NCBI RefSeq assembly: GCF_988243305.1
Contig: NZ_OZ547136.1
Strand: one strand, 5' to 3'
DNA: 64,000 bases
Shown piece after piece: positions 25,810 to 44,369 of this stretch (positions within the stretch are counted from its first letter, which is position 1; each line of letters begins with the position of its first letter). The translations under genes were made by a program, and so were the position numbers. The notes beneath the pieces were generated by a model. That model saw nothing but the letters and a program-made list of their open reading frames with translations. It made no database searches and was not told the DNA's origin.

Positions 25810-27411
25810 TCAGGATACCACTGGCGCAATCTGTAACTGCGCCGACTCATGTCTTGCTACTTCATGTTCTTCAAGGGTAAATGCCGCCACGCGCGACGAA
25901 AGATTGTCAGCCTGGTTCGCCAGTTGTTCCGTTGCCGCCGCCGCTTCTTCTACCAGGGAGGCGTTCTGCTGTGTCACCTGATCCATCTGGCTGACAGCCT
26001 GTGCAACTTGTTCAATCCCACGCCGTTGTTCTTCCGACGCCGAGGCAATTTCTCCCATAATGTCGTTCACGCGGGTTACTGAACTGACAATATCGGTCAT
26101 GGTCGCGGCGGCGTTATTCACCAGTTTCGAACCCTGCTGGACACGATTGACAGACTCTTCGATCAGCCCTTTGATCTCTTTTGCCGCCTGGGCGCTACGG
26201 CTGGCAAGATTGCGCACTTCACCTGCCACTACCGCAAAACCACGCCCCTGCTCTCCGGCGCGAGCCGCTTCCACTGCCGCATTCAGGGCCAGAATATTGG
26301 TCTGGAAAGCAATGCCGTCGATAACGCTGATAATGTCGCCAATTTTTTGCGAGCTGGTGGCGATTTCCTGCATGGTGTGAGTCATGGTACTGACCTGGAC
26401 ACCCCCCGCCTGCGCCGTTGTCGCGGCTTTTTTTGCCAGTTCCGAAGCCTGTCGCGCGTTATCGGCGTTTTGCCCTACCGTGGCGGTTAATTGCTCCATA
26501 CTGGCGGCCGTTTGTGACAACGATGCCGCCTGCTGTTCGGTACGACTTGAGAGATCGTTATTGCCTGCGACAATCTCCGCGATACCAATGTGCATCTCCT
26601 GGCTTCCCTTACGCACATCACTCACCGTCCCACGTAAAGCCTGCTGCATGGTCTTCAGGCTGGCAAAAATGGCGGTGATCTCATTGCGACCATATACCGC
26701 AATCGGACGCGCCAGATTACCCGCAGCAATGCTGTCAAAATGGCTACCGATGATGGCCAGTGGTTGAACAATCATCTTGCGCGTCCACCACAGCGCACTG
26801 CTGATGTAGAGCGCTGCAACAATAATCATGCTGATAAACACCAGCGCCGAAATCTGATAGTTACGCTGGCTTTGCGCACTGGCGGCTTCCAGCACATGGT
26901 TGATCTCCTGCTGCCAGGCCTCAAAGTTAACGTCAAACGCATTCTGTGATTCCTGCACCGGCGCAGTGAGGAAATCCGAAAGTTGATTACTTTCAAGCCA
27001 GGTCGCCTGATGTTCGAGATCGTTGTGCCAACGGGCAAAACTTTTCTCCGTCTCTTTTTGCAACGCCCTGACGTGCTCGTTGCCCGCAGTCATCGCCATA
27101 AAACTTTTAAACAGCGTGGTGGATTGCGTCAGACTGGCGCGCGCCGTCGTCATCAACGTTTTAATGTCATCCGCCGGATAGCTAAGCGCCGTCAGAGTGC
27201 CCGCTTTGTTCAGCGCGGTACTGGCCTGTAACATTACCGCCCGAGTTTGCGCTAATGCCGCACGTTGCTGATTGCTCTGCTCGACCTGATTCAATCGTTG
27301 CAAATCATCGCGAAATGCCCAAAAAGACATGCCGGTACTGCCAATCTGCAAGATCCCGCAGAGAATCAAAATTAAAAACAGCGTGGTCGAAATTCGAATA
27401 CGATTAAACAT
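25810..27411 (-). CDS. tap: Methyl-accepting chemotaxis protein Tap
   Basis: 533-aa MCP with conserved signalling domain. Confidence 0.9.
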   Translation of the reverse strand: MFNRIRISTTLFLILILCGILQIGSTGMSFWAFRDDLQRLNQVEQSNQQRAALAQTRAVMLQASTALNKAGTLTALSYPADDIKTLMTTARASLTQSTTLFKSFMAMTAGNEHVRALQKETEKSFARWHNDLEHQATWLESNQLSDFLTAPVQESQNAFDVNFEAWQQEINHVLEAASAQSQRNYQISALVFISMIIVAALYISSALWWTRKMIVQPLAIIGSHFDSIAAGNLARPIAVYGRNEITAIFASLKTMQQALRGTVSDVRKGSQEMHIGIAEIVAGNNDLSSRTEQQAASLSQTAASMEQLTATVGQNADNARQASELAKKAATTAQAGGVQVSTMTHTMQEIATSSQKIGDIISVIDGIAFQTNILALNAAVEAARAGEQGRGFAVVAGEVRNLASRSAQAAKEIKGLIEESVNRVQQGSKLVNNAAATMTDIVSSVTRVNDIMGEIASASEEQRRGIEQVAQAVSQMDQVTQQNASLVEEAAAATEQLANQADNLSSRVAAFTLEEHEVARHESAQLQIAPVVS

Positions 27412-27456
27412 CAACGCTCCCCATCAGGCGGCAATGACCGCGTTAGTCAATGCTCG

Positions 27457-29118
27457 TTAAAATGTTTCCCAGTTTGGATCTTGTTCAGCAATTCGCAGTC
27501 GTGGCTGTGCCGGTGGTTGCTCACTGGCAGGACGAGATGATGTTTGCGTTTTATTGGTGAGTGGGCTGGCTGCCAGATGGAACGCAGAAACCGCTTGTGT
27601 TAAACGACTGGCCTGTTCTTCCAGCGCAGCGGCGGCAGCAGCTGATTCCTGCACCAGCGATGCGTTCTGTTGCGTGACGCGATCCATTTCCGAAACCGCC
27701 AATGCGACTTGATCGATGCCGCGGCTCTGTTCATCTGATGCCGATGCAATTTCGCCCATAATGTCAGTCACGCGAGTGACAGCATTGACGATATTGTTCA
27801 TTGTTTCCCCGGCGCTTTCGACCAACACCGAACCGGTATCAACGCGCGAGACGGAGTCTTCAATGAGGGCTTTGATCTCTTTTGCCGCCTGGGCGCTGCG
27901 ACTGGCAAGATTACGCACTTCGCCCGCCACCACGGCAAAACCACGGCCTTGTTCACCCGCTCGCGCGGCTTCAACCGCGGCATTCAGCGCGAGGATATTA
28001 GTCTGGAAGGCAATACCGTCGATAACGCTGATAATGTCGGCAATTTTCTTCGAACTATCGGCGATCTCATGCATCGTTTTCACTACGCCATCCACTACTT
28101 TGCCGCCATGCTGGGCGGTGTCGGAGGCACTTTGCGCCAGTTGTGAGGCCTGGCGGGCGTTATCGGCGTTTTGCTTCACTGTCGCGGTGAGCTGCTCCAT
28201 GCTGGCGGCAGTTTCTTCCAGCGCAGATGCCTGCTGTTCAGTACGGGAGGAAAGATCGGTATTGCCCGCCGCAATTTCACGGGTACCGACATAGATGGCA
28301 TCTGAACCTTCGCGCACATGAGTGACGGTGTCAGTCAAAGAGCGTTGCATATGTGAGACGCTCTGCGCCAGATCGCCCATTTCACTGCGCCCGTCAATGG
28401 TCAGGGTATTCGCCAGGTTACCACCGGCGATTTCGCGAATATGAGCAATAATTTTTGCCAGCGGTGTAAGCAACATACGGCGAATGCCGTACCACGCCAC
28501 CAGCAGAATCATTACCACCACCAGCGCGATAACCGCCAGTTGCCACTGGGCAAATCGGTAATCATCTGCGTTGTCAGTGACGATATCGCGATACAGTTTT
28601 TCACTGCTGAGGGCGTACTGAGCAAACGCTTCGCCCATTGCATTTTGCATTCCCTGGGTTGGCTGAGCGAAATAAGCTCCAGTATTGCCATAATCAAGAT
28701 AATCAATCAGTTCAGTTAATGCTGTGTGATAGTTTTTATATTTTTCATCAATATTACGACTGGTAGCGACCATTTCAGGTAACGGCGCCATGCTTTTAAA
28801 TTTTTTATAATGTGTCGCGGCCTGGGCCAAAGTTTTCCTGGCGCTATCAAGCAATTCAACTTTGGCGTTACTTTGTTGATTGGAAGAATCCATCATCATC
28901 CGCACCGCTGATCGACTCAGGTTAATGCGCGTTTGCAGCATTAAATCCCAGGTTGACGTCAGCTCGCCCTGCTGTTCCCGTAATTGATTGGAAACCACAA
29001 AGCTCTTCTGGCTATGGTGAAGGGAAGAAAAAAACAGACTGCCGGAAATAAGCTGTAACAGTGCGAATACCCCCAGCACCATTACCAACAGCGTGACTAC
29101 GCGGATACGGTTAATCAT
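27457..29118 (-). CDS. tar: Methyl-accepting chemotaxis protein Tar
   Basis: 553 aa from [12 protein letters not shown]-terminal NWETF pentapeptide. Confidence 0.9.
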   Translation of the reverse strand: MINRIRVVTLLVMVLGVFALLQLISGSLFFSSLHHSQKSFVVSNQLREQQGELTSTWDLMLQTRINLSRSAVRMMMDSSNQQSNAKVELLDSARKTLAQAATHYKKFKSMAPLPEMVATSRNIDEKYKNYHTALTELIDYLDYGNTGAYFAQPTQGMQNAMGEAFAQYALSSEKLYRDIVTDNADDYRFAQWQLAVIALVVVMILLVAWYGIRRMLLTPLAKIIAHIREIAGGNLANTLTIDGRSEMGDLAQSVSHMQRSLTDTVTHVREGSDAIYVGTREIAAGNTDLSSRTEQQASALEETAASMEQLTATVKQNADNARQASQLAQSASDTAQHGGKVVDGVVKTMHEIADSSKKIADIISVIDGIAFQTNILALNAAVEAARAGEQGRGFAVVAGEVRNLASRSAQAAKEIKALIEDSVSRVDTGSVLVESAGETMNNIVNAVTRVTDIMGEIASASDEQSRGIDQVALAVSEMDRVTQQNASLVQESAAAAAALEEQASRLTQAVSAFHLAASPLTNKTQTSSRPASEQPPAQPRLRIAEQDPNWETF

Positions 29119-29262
29119 AAGGCACCTTCCTGAAAACAAGTTGATCTCGTTATCGGCAAGGAAGGGGGAAACTTTATTGCTGATGCCACCCGCCGCGAAA
29201 CTGAAATAAAAAACCCGATGCGCAGGTCATCGGGTTCATTGCAATTGAGGAAATCAGGAGAA

Positions 29263-29766
29263 TTACGCCACTTCTGACGCCGCGCTATCTAACAGCGCCA
29301 TCTCTTCGCTGTTCAGCAGTTTTTCGATGTTCACCAGAATCAACATGCGGTCGCCCAGTGCGCCGAGTCCAGTGAGATATTCTGTTGAAAGCGTCACGGC
29401 AAATTCCGGTGCCGGACGAATTTGCTCCGCCGTCAATGAAAGAACGTCCGAAACCCCGTCCACTACGATGCCGACGACCCGCTGCCCGAGATTCAGGACA
29501 ATAACTACTGTGTTGTCGTTATAGTCCACATCCACCTGACTGAACTTAATTCGTAAGTCGACAATCGGCACAATAACACCGCGCAGATTAGTGACACCTT
29601 TGATAAACGCTGGCGTGTTTGCAATCCGTGTCACCTGATCGTAACCACGGATCTCCTGCACTTTCAGAATATCAATACCGTACTCTTCGTCACCAAGGGT
29701 AAATACCAGGAATTCCTGGCCTGACGGCTCGCTGGCCAGCTTTGTTACATTCGTCATACCGGTCAT
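29263..29766 (-). CDS. cheW: Chemotaxis coupling protein CheW
   Basis: 167 aa. Confidence 0.95.
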
Positions 29767-29786
29767 ATTGTTACCTTTTTACTCAT

Positions 29787-32678
<2,892 letters not shown>

Positions 32679-32682
<4 letters not shown>

Positions 32683-33566
32683 GCTTCCTCGGTTGTCGTC
32701 TGTTGTTGCGGATTTTTCACCGCACGCACATGCTCTTCCAGTTCAATAAACGACGGACGTTCGCTGGAATAGAGCGTTTTGCGACCAAACTCAACGGCGA
32801 TAGGCGGTGCGTAACCGTTCAGATTAGAAAGCAGTGTGACTTTGACGCATTGCATCATTTTGCTGGTTTCGGCGCTTTTCTGACGTAAAACACTCGCTAA
32901 TGGGGAAATAAATCCGTAAGCCAATAAAATACCGAGGAAAGTCCCCACCATCGCATGTGCGATAAGCGCCCCCAGCTCGGCGGCAGGACGATCGGCTGAA
33001 CCTAACGCGTGAACGACCCCCATCACAGCCGCGACAATACCAAACGCCGGAAGTGAGTCCCCGACCAATGCCAGACTGTTCGCCGGGACTTCTGCTTCGC
33101 TTTCGTGCGTCTCAATCTCTTCATCCATCAGGGCTTCAATTTCGAAGGTATTCATGTGACCGCTGATAATCAGGCGCAGATAATCGACGATAAAATCAAG
33201 CATGACGCTATCCGCAAGGATGCGTGGGTAGCTGGCGAAGATCTCGCTCTCACGGGGATTTTCAATATCGCGTTCCAACGAAAACATCCCCATCTGCCGC
33301 GATTTCGCCATCAACCGATAAAGCAGAGCCAGCAGATCCATATACATTGCTTTGGTATATTTGGAGCGACGAAATAGCAACGGCAGCGCCTTCAGCGTGC
33401 CTTTAATCGCTTTGCCATTATTGCCGACGATAAACGACCCAATCCCTGCACCGGCAATAATCACCAGTTCAGCGGGTTGATAGAGTGCTCCAAGGCTTCC
33501 ACCGGTCATCAGATAACCGCCGAAAACTGTACCGAGAACAACCAGGTAACCTAATAAGATAAGCAC
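32679..33566 (-). CDS. motA: Flagellar motor stator protein MotA
   Basis: 295 aa, overlaps motB by 4 nt. Confidence 0.95.
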
Positions 33567-33692
33567 GACATCATCCTTCCACTGTTGACCATGACAGGAT
33601 GTTCAGTCGTCAGACGTTAACGCGCGATTGGGGGAAAAAAAAGCAGCGGTACGTCGTTACCGCTGCTGGAATGTTTCGCCACACCGTATCAG

Positions 33693-34271
33693 TTAAACAG
33701 CCTGTACTCTCTGTTCATCCAGCAGTTGTGGGATAATATCGGCAGGATTCTGGGAAAGTTTACGTCTTTTTACTGCCCGGGATGGCGGCTGACATAAGCT
33801 GCAGGCAAAGCTGCCAACAGGCTGGTGAGCGTGGGTAATAAAATTGCCGCCGCAGCAGTTGCAGCTGGAAAGTTGCAGTAATCCACTTTCAACAAACCGT
33901 ACCAATGTCCAGGCACGGGTTAATGCCAGTAGCGGTCCTTCTTCTGCTTGCGGGCACTGTTCAAGGTATAAACGGTAGGCTTTGATTACCGCATCGACGC
34001 CATTACACAAGCCGGTTTTCAGTAAAAACTGCCATGCGTTACAGAACATCGAAGCATGAACGTTTTGTTCCCAGGTCATAAACCAGTCGGTTGAGAATGG
34101 CAGCATGCCTTTCGGCGGTGGGCTTCCGCGCAGTTCTTTATAGAGTTTTATCAGGCGTCCGCGACTTAACTGTGTTTCGCTTTCCAGCATCTGCAAACGA
34201 GCGCCCAGGGTGATCAATTCCATTGCCAGCTGAATATCCCGCGCTTCCTGAACAATGCTTTTTTCACTCAT
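33693..34271 (-). CDS. flhC: Flagellar master regulator FlhC
   Basis: 192 aa with Cys cluster. Confidence 0.95.
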
Positions 34272-34273
34272 GA

Positions 34274-34624
34274 TCACGCCCTTTTCTTGCGCAGCGCTTC
34301 TTCAGGCTGATTAACATCATTCAGCAAGCGTGTTGAGAGCATGATGCCGGTATGAATTTGCTGGAGATCGTCAACGCGGGAATCTTGCGTCAACTGAGTA
34401 ATCGTCTGGTGGCTGTCAAAACGGAAGTGACAAACCAGTTGATTGGTTTCTGCCAGCTTAACCATTTGCGGAAGAGTCAGTGCCGCTAACGTTGTCGCCA
34501 TTTCTTCATTTATGCCGAGACGAAACATTGCGGACGCTTTGTCCTGAACAATCAGACGCTGTGCAAGTAGTAAATATGACAAGTTGATGTCATAAATGTG
34601 TTTCAGCAACTCGGAGGTATGCAT
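34274..34624 (-). CDS. flhD: Flagellar master regulator FlhD
   Basis: 116 aa from [17 protein letters not shown] extends to 34633. Confidence 0.9.
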
Positions 34625-35404
34625 TATTCCCACCCAGAATAACCAACTTTATTTTTATGCGGTCTCACCGCACCCCGTGATGTCGCCGGGAAGCCCCGGT
34701 AAAAAATAATTAGCATTAGAATAGTTGCGATAAGCTGCAATAGGCAGAGCCCCTTTTTTGGATTTAATAAGTCCTTACAAATAGAAGGGGTTCTTTACAC
34801 TTATCTAAGATTTTTCCTAAATCGACGCAACTTTACTCGTCACTACACTCACATACAACGGAGGGGGGCTGCGATTTTCAATAATGTGTGATGCAGATCA
34901 CACAAAACGCTCAATTACTTAACATAAATGTATAAGTCATACTTTTGTTTTGGGTGTATTTCAATCTGTTAAAAAGTTTTTCGCTACGATAGCAAGTAAA
35001 AATGAAACAGGAATAATCGAAATGGGATGTTGCGCACAGTTAAAATAACTCACCGTAAATAATCATCTGCTATAAATAATTGCTTTAATGCAATACCCGA
35101 TAAGCTATTTTTAAACAGACACTTACCGCACAACAAACTAATTAAATACAAAGAAAGGCAACAATCAACTTAATGTTAATAAAATGTTTTACATATATTA
35201 ACCACTTGTTTGATATGGAGAATCAGTACATTATTTTCTTATAATTACAGTTGAAATCATATGATCACCGAGAGTGATTGATTAATTGTATTTACTAATA
35301 ATCACACTAATATTTACCTGTTTGACTGAGTTGGGATTGCGTCGATTCTCCATTAGGAGTAAAGCTTTAATGTCACCTGAAGTTCACAGAATAAGGAACA
35401 GGTT
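34625..35404 (-). promoter_or_regulatory. flhDC promoter/regulatory region (uninterrupted)
   Basis: ~780 bp AT-rich intergenic region upstream of flhD; no ORF resembling a transposase. Confidence 0.5.
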
Positions 35405-35833
35405 ATGAGCTATAGCAATATTCTTGTCGCCGTTGCGGTTACACCGGAAAGTCAGCAACTGCTAGCAAAAGCGGTATCTATCGCCAGGCCAGTAAAGGGA
35501 CACATCAGTTTAATTACTCTCGCTTCCGACCCGGAAATGTACAATCAATTAGCCGCGCCGATGCTTGAAGATTTACGCAGCGTGATGCAGGAAGAAACGC
35601 AAAGCTTTCTTGATAAGTTAATTCAGGATGCGGGGTATCCCGTTGACGAGACGTTTATTGCCTACGGTGAGTTAAGCGAACATATTCTGGAGGTTTGTCG
35701 CAAACATCATTTCGATTTGGTGATTTGCGGTAATCACAATCACAGTTTCTTTTCGCGAGCATCCTGCTCGGCGAAAAGAGTGATTGCCTCAAGTGAGGTC
35801 GATGTGCTGTTAGTTCCACTTACGGGAGATTAA
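35405..35833 (+). CDS. uspC: Universal stress protein UspC
   Basis: 142 aa Usp-family protein. Confidence 0.85.
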   Translation: MSYSNILVAVAVTPESQQLLAKAVSIARPVKGHISLITLASDPEMYNQLAAPMLEDLRSVMQEETQSFLDKLIQDAGYPVDETFIAYGELSEHILEVCRKHHFDLVICGNHNHSFFSRASCSAKRVIASSEVDVLLVPLTGD

Positions 35834-35839
35834 CCGCAC

Positions 35840-39192
<3,353 letters not shown>

Positions 39193-39206
39193 CATACTCT
39201 CCTTAC

Positions 39207-40721
39207 TCAGGCAACTGCCTGGCTGACTTTAGGCATCGCAAGGCTTAATGCCTGACGCTCATCTGCCTGCTCGTGTAACAATTCACCGGCGATTTCGCCT
39301 TCGCGCATCACCACAATCCGGTCGGCAACGCCGAGGACTTCAGGTAAGTCGCTGGAGGCAAACAGCACCGCCACGCCCTGCGCTGCCAGCGCATAAATCA
39401 CGTTGTAAATTTCATGCTTAGCACCAACATCAATGCCGCGCGTAGGTTCATCCAGCAAAATGACCTTCATCTCTTCCGATAACCAGCGGCCCAGAATGGC
39501 TTTTTGCTGATTTCCGCCTGAAAGATTCATGATCAGTTGCTCTGCGCCCGGCGTTTTGATGTTGAGCGAACGAATGTGGTGATCGGCATTGTTTTCTTCC
39601 CAACCGTTGTTGATTACACAACCGCCGAGCACATGTTTGCGTCTGGCACTGATGTTGATATTGTCGCGAACGGAGTGCACAGGAATAATGCCTTCCGCTT
39701 TGCGATCTTCCGGGCAGAGCATCATGCCTGCGGCAATAGCGTGGCTCGGTTTACGAATATCAATCGGCCGTTGGTCGATATAAACCTGACCGGCGGTGAT
39801 TTGCGTACCGCCAAACATGCCTTTCATTAATTCGCTACGCCCTGCCCCGACCAGACCAAACAGACCGACAATTTCTCCACTGCGAACCGCCAGACTTATT
39901 GGCGTTCGCACGCCTGGTGCTTTCACAGCATCAAGACGCAGCCGCTCCTCGCCATAACTACGCGGTTGCCAGCCGTAGATATCGCCGATGTCGCGCCCGA
40001 CCATCGCCTGCACCAGCGCGTCATGATCAACCTGCTGCATATCGGTAAAGGTTTTGACATAACGCCCATCTTTAAAGACGGTGATGGCATCACTGAGGGC
40101 AAATATTTCTTCCATACGGTGAGAAACATATAAGATCACGCGCCCTTCTTTACGCAGTTCACGAATAACGCGGAAAAGATTGTCGATTTCACGGGCAGAA
40201 AGGGAACTGGTTGGCTCATCAAAGGCGATGATTTTGGCGTTACGCGCCAGCGCTTTGGCAATCTCAACCATCTGCCACTGACCAATAGAGAGATATTTCA
40301 GCGGCGTATCCGGGTCAATATCCATACCAAGATGTTTAAGTTGTAAACCCGCTTCATAATTCAGCAGTGAGCGATTCACTATGCCGCCTTTATGAGGAAG
40401 CTGGCCGAGATAGATGTTTTCCGCGACGGTCATTTCCGGCACGAGATGCAGTTCCTGATAAATAATCGCCACACCCGCGTTAAGTGCCGCGGTCGTGTCG
40501 GAAAAGGACATTTCTTGTCCATTAATCACTACAGAACCCGTGGTTGGCGCATAGTTGCCGCTGAGGATTTTTAAGAGAGTTGATTTTCCTGCGCCATTTT
40601 CACCCATCAACGCATGAACCTGACCGGCATAGCAGTCAAAACTAATATCCGTCAGCGCCTTAACGCCGGGAAACGTTTTACCGATGCCGCGAAATGAGAG
40701 ATACGGGGTAGACTGTTGCAT
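39207..40721 (-). CDS. araG: Arabinose ABC transporter ATPase AraG
   Basis: 504 aa with two Walker A motifs ([18 protein letters not shown]). Confidence 0.9.
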   Translation of the reverse strand: MQQSTPYLSFRGIGKTFPGVKALTDISFDCYAGQVHALMGENGAGKSTLLKILSGNYAPTTGSVVINGQEMSFSDTTAALNAGVAIIYQELHLVPEMTVAENIYLGQLPHKGGIVNRSLLNYEAGLQLKHLGMDIDPDTPLKYLSIGQWQMVEIAKALARNAKIIAFDEPTSSLSAREIDNLFRVIRELRKEGRVILYVSHRMEEIFALSDAITVFKDGRYVKTFTDMQQVDHDALVQAMVGRDIGDIYGWQPRSYGEERLRLDAVKAPGVRTPISLAVRSGEIVGLFGLVGAGRSELMKGMFGGTQITAGQVYIDQRPIDIRKPSHAIAAGMMLCPEDRKAEGIIPVHSVRDNINISARRKHVLGGCVINNGWEENNADHHIRSLNIKTPGAEQLIMNLSGGNQQKAILGRWLSEEMKVILLDEPTRGIDVGAKHEIYNVIYALAAQGVAVLFASSDLPEVLGVADRIVVMREGEIAGELLHEQADERQALSLAMPKVSQAVA

Positions 40722-40790
40722 AACGTCTCCGTGAATCACTGGTCGTTCACACCCCCTCTGCATCATGCAGAGGGGAATTTTTCCGGCAAA

Positions 40791-41780
40791 TTACTTACCG
40801 CCTAAACCTTTTTTCTCCAGTTCTTCTTTAAAGTTGTCACGCGTGATCAGTACCACGTCGGTAACTTCGGTAAATTTTGGCGGTTCAACGTCTTTTGCTA
40901 CCCAGTTGTAAAGCATTTCACTGGATTTATAGCCATGTACGTCCGGGCTTGGCAGCAGGGAACCGTAGAAGCCGGTTGCCTGTGCTTTAGACAGTTCGCT
41001 TACTGCATCCACACCGTTAATACCAATACCGATGATATCGGCTGCTTTAAAGCCCTGACCTTCGGTTGCACGTACGCCGCCAAGTACGGTGCTGTCGTTC
41101 ATACCGACGATCAGCCAATGTTTAACTTCCGGATGTTGAACCAGCATTGAGTTGGCAGCGTCAAATGCCCCCGGGATGTCGTTAGATTTGGTAGGTACCT
41201 GATAAATTTGTTTTTCCGGGAATCCGGCCGCTTTCAGCGCATCCATAGATCCCGTAGTACGGCGACGTGCCGTATCCAGTTCGTTGGCGGTAATCGCCAT
41301 CACCGCGCTTTCTTTGACATCCCAGCCACGTTTCTGCATCTCTTTATACAGTTCCTGGCCCTGACGTTCGCCAATTTTAGTCGCCGCCATCATCACCAGA
41401 GGAACGGTATCCATTGGCTTACCTTTGGCGTTAACAAACTGGTCATCCACGGCAATCACTTTCATATCGTAACCACGCGCTTTCGCCACAATGGCAGAGC
41501 CGAGCTTCGGGTCCGGAGTACAAATAACGAAACCTTTTGCGCCACTGGCTGCCAGGCTATCGATCGCGTTCAATGTTTTTTCGCCATCCGGCACGGCAAT
41601 CTTAATAACCTCAAACCCTAAATCCTTCCCGGCTTTATCGGCAAACTTCCATTCGGTCTGGAACCACGGCTCTTCCGGTTGCTTCACCAGGAAACCGAGC
41701 TTCAAGTTCTCCGCCATAGCGGATTGTGACATAACGGCTGCCAGACCAATGGCTGCCAGGGCTTTAGTAAATTTGTGCAT
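40791..41780 (-). CDS. araF: Arabinose-binding periplasmic protein AraF
   Basis: 329 aa with signal peptide. Confidence 0.9.
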   Translation of the reverse strand: MHKFTKALAAIGLAAVMSQSAMAENLKLGFLVKQPEEPWFQTEWKFADKAGKDLGFEVIKIAVPDGEKTLNAIDSLAASGAKGFVICTPDPKLGSAIVAKARGYDMKVIAVDDQFVNAKGKPMDTVPLVMMAATKIGERQGQELYKEMQKRGWDVKESAVMAITANELDTARRRTTGSMDALKAAGFPEKQIYQVPTKSNDIPGAFDAANSMLVQHPEVKHWLIVGMNDSTVLGGVRATEGQGFKAADIIGIGINGVDAVSELSKAQATGFYGSLLPSPDVHGYKSSEMLYNWVAKDVEPPKFTEVTDVVLITRDNFKEELEKKGLGGK

Positions 41781-42576
41781 GGTTCTCTCCAGCTTTAGTG
41801 TCGTTTTGTGTAGGGCAAAAACGAATAACTCTCGTTAATTTAATCGGAAAACAAAGCATTACCTTTTAACTAAAAGATAAGTGACTGTGTTGACATAGTT
41901 TTAGCGAGAAATTAATTCTCCATAGGAGAGCAATATCACATCGCAGAATTACAGTGAGAACGTGCATAAATTTAGCGGGAAAAGACATAGAGAAAGACTC
42001 ATTTGTCAGACAAATCATCGAGTACACAGCAGATTAATCCATAAGATTAGCCTGGAAGTCCTTGTTGTGTTTTGTACCCATACGGAACGTCTTCTTTTTA
42101 ACCAGTCAATTGGCCACATTACCTGGCGTTGAGCTTTTGAAATGGTGTAATAACAGCAACTCAAAGATGTGGAAAATGAGCGTCATTCATTTCGCCATTA
42201 ATTATCACCGTGCTCATTAATTAACAGAACACGTATACTGAGAGCCATATCGCAAATATGAAAAAACGTTTTAAAAAATCATTGCTTCATCATGAATTCA
42301 AATCCCCCTATTAATATCAACAAGATACAAAAAGCATCATCATTAAAATTCATTGCAGTTACATTGATTTCATCAATGAAATGTAAAAATATATAAACTT
42401 GATGATTTAAGCATTTTCTTATACCCGTTCAGACGTTATTCTTATTTCAGATCATCGTCAGAATTGACTCCACGATCACATTTCGGACCGGCAGAAAGGA
42501 ATTATTCTGCAAACAGTAATTATGGTGTTTTGATTTATCTTGCACCTCTCCACTTCTGGATATAAGGATATTAGGT

Positions 42577-43080
42577 ATGGCAACCGCTGGAATGCTTCTC
42601 AAACTCAACTCTCAAATGAACCGCGAGTTTTACGCATCCAATCTCTACCTTCACCTGAGTAACTGGTGTTCTGAACAGAGTCTGAACGGCACCGCCACTT
42701 TCCTTCGCGCCCAGGCACAGAGTAATGTGACCCAAATGATGCGCATGTTTAACTTTATGAAGAGTGTCGGCGCTACCCCCATCGTTAAAGCCATTGATGT
42801 TCCCGGTGAAAAACTGAACTCTCTGGAAGAACTGTTCCAAAAAACGATGGAAGAATACGAGCAACGTTCAAGCACGCTGGCGCAGTTAGCCGATGAAGCT
42901 AAAGAACTGAATGATGATTCAACCGTCAATTTCCTGCGCGATCTGGAAAAAGAACAGCAGCATGATGGCCTGTTGCTGCAAACCATTCTTGATGAAGTGC
43001 GCAGTGCGAAACTTGCTGGTATGTGCCCTGTGCAGACCGACCAACATGTTCTGAATGTCGTGTCGCATCAGCTGCATTGA
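42577..43080 (+). CDS. ftnB: Ferritin-like protein FtnB
   Basis: 167-aa ferritin-like protein, paralogous to ftnA downstream. Confidence 0.85.
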   Translation: MATAGMLLKLNSQMNREFYASNLYLHLSNWCSEQSLNGTATFLRAQAQSNVTQMMRMFNFMKSVGATPIVKAIDVPGEKLNSLEELFQKTMEEYEQRSSTLAQLADEAKELNDDSTVNFLRDLEKEQQHDGLLLQTILDEVRSAKLAGMCPVQTDQHVLNVVSHQLH

Positions 43081-43123
43081 TCATCATCGGCGCTAATGCA
43101 ATTGCGCCGATGAAGTTTTTGAG

Positions 43124-43161
43124 AAACCGCTGCCTCATCTTTTTGAAGCAGCGGTTTTTTT
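43124..43161. terminator. Terminator between ftnB and yecJ
   Basis: 10-bp stem AAACCGCTGC/GCAGCGGTTT followed by T-run. Confidence 0.5.
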
Positions 43162-43411
43162 AATGGGATTCGCCCTGTGGGGTAAACTTGAGTTCAATCA
43201 GCGCGATGGCTTTTTGGATTGCCCGCATGGTGACCGGGTCTGCGGCGGCGGGATGGTTAGTAAAGTCGATATTCTTCAGCTGGCTGGACATTTTTTCACG
43301 AACTTCAACGGGCGCGATTACATCGAGAACATCCAGAATTTGTTTGATAACCAACTGGCAAGCAACCACATCAGAAACCAGTTCCTGATCGGCATTCAGC
43401 GGCTGGGACAT
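43160..43411 (-). CDS. yecJ: YecJ (DUF2766)
   Basis: 83-aa ORF, conserved position. Confidence 0.8.
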
Positions 43412-43500
43412 CGTAAACTCCTGATAGCATTTTGAAAGCCGTTATAGTAGCGGCTTCACATCTTCAGCGATAGTCACATCCACCGTCATCAGGACACAAA

Positions 43501-43524
43501 AAAACCTGCCGGAGCAGGTTTTTT
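43501..43524. terminator. Terminator downstream of azuC
   Basis: Hairpin CCTGC-CGGA-GCAGG flanked by A-run and T-run. Confidence 0.5.
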
Positions 43525-43525
43525 G

Positions 43526-43612
43526 TTATCGGAACATATTGCCTGGCGGTACGTCTTTGAACGTCTTGCAATAGTTATTGAACATACTTTTCAGGATCTT
43601 GCGCAGTTTCAT
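43526..43612 (-). CDS. azuC: Small protein AzuC (28 aa), on the AzuCR/IsrB dual-function RNA
   Basis: Translation MKLRKILKSMFNNYCKTFKDVPPGNMFR; below ORF-track size cutoff; terminator immediately downstream. Confidence 0.6.
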   Translation of the reverse strand: MKLRKILKSMFNNYCKTFKDVPPGNMFR

Positions 43613-43874
43613 CGCGGCACTCCGACTATTTGTTATGCAGGTGTTATTATCTTTGCGCTTATAATATGACAACCATCACAAAAATCAATCTTTATGTGAT
43701 GTAAATCACACAAATACCTCTTTAATGTTATAAAAATGATAATCAAAAAGCAGCCCCCCCCTTTCTGACACCTACAGATGGCAAGAAATAGCGCCTGCCA
43801 GGCGTCTTTTCCGGCCATTGTCGCAGCGCTGTAACGCGTAAAATAGTGCTTTCTTTTACTCTTCTGGCTGGACC

Positions 43875-44198
43875 ATGAGACTTCTGATTCTGACTCTTTC
43901 ATTAATAACGCTGGCGGGGTGCACAGTTACTCGCCAGGCTCATGTGGGCGAAGTTGACGCGGCAACAGGTATTGTTCGGTTGGTTTATGATCAGGCTTTT
44001 TTGCAGCATGCCCATACCGATCGTTATGTCAGTCGCGGGATCGCCGATCGCGCATGCCAGCAGGAAGGCTATACCCACGCGATCCCCTTTGGTCAGCCAG
44101 TAGGCAACTGTAGCCTCTTTGCGGGTTCCTTATGTTTGAATACGGAATTCACTTTGTCATATCAGTGCCATCATTCCGCCGTCCCTGTCTTTCTCTAA
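43875..44198 (+). CDS. yecR: Lipoprotein YecR
   Basis: 107 aa with lipobox LAGC. Confidence 0.85.
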   Translation: MRLLILTLSLITLAGCTVTRQAHVGEVDAATGIVRLVYDQAFLQHAHTDRYVSRGIADRACQQEGYTHAIPFGQPVGNCSLFAGSLCLNTEFTLSYQCHHSAVPVFL

Positions 44199-44369
44199 AT
44201 ATTTTAATCAGCGAGGGGGATCTTCGCTGATTAAATAAATAGCGGTAATGCGTTTTATTCCCATTCGTATTTTTAATAAATGAAGTTTATATTTTACCTT
44301 TTGCAAATAATTAAATAACAAATTATAGTGACGCCACAGCAACAAATATAACCTTTGTGGAGCACTATC

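Noticed and set aside
26060-26767. + strand ORFs of 106 and 127 aa inside tap
   Set aside because: Antisense frames of the MCP signalling domain; the same artefact recurs inside tar (27716-28294) because the two genes are paralogous.
26190-28180. Repeated ~200-bp segment shared by tap and tar
   Set aside because: Reflects the conserved signalling domain of tandem paralogous chemoreceptors, not a mobile or regulatory repeat.
43633-43902. 89-aa minus-strand ORF
   Set aside because: Overlaps the yecR start and the AT-rich intergenic region; no RBS; likely spurious.
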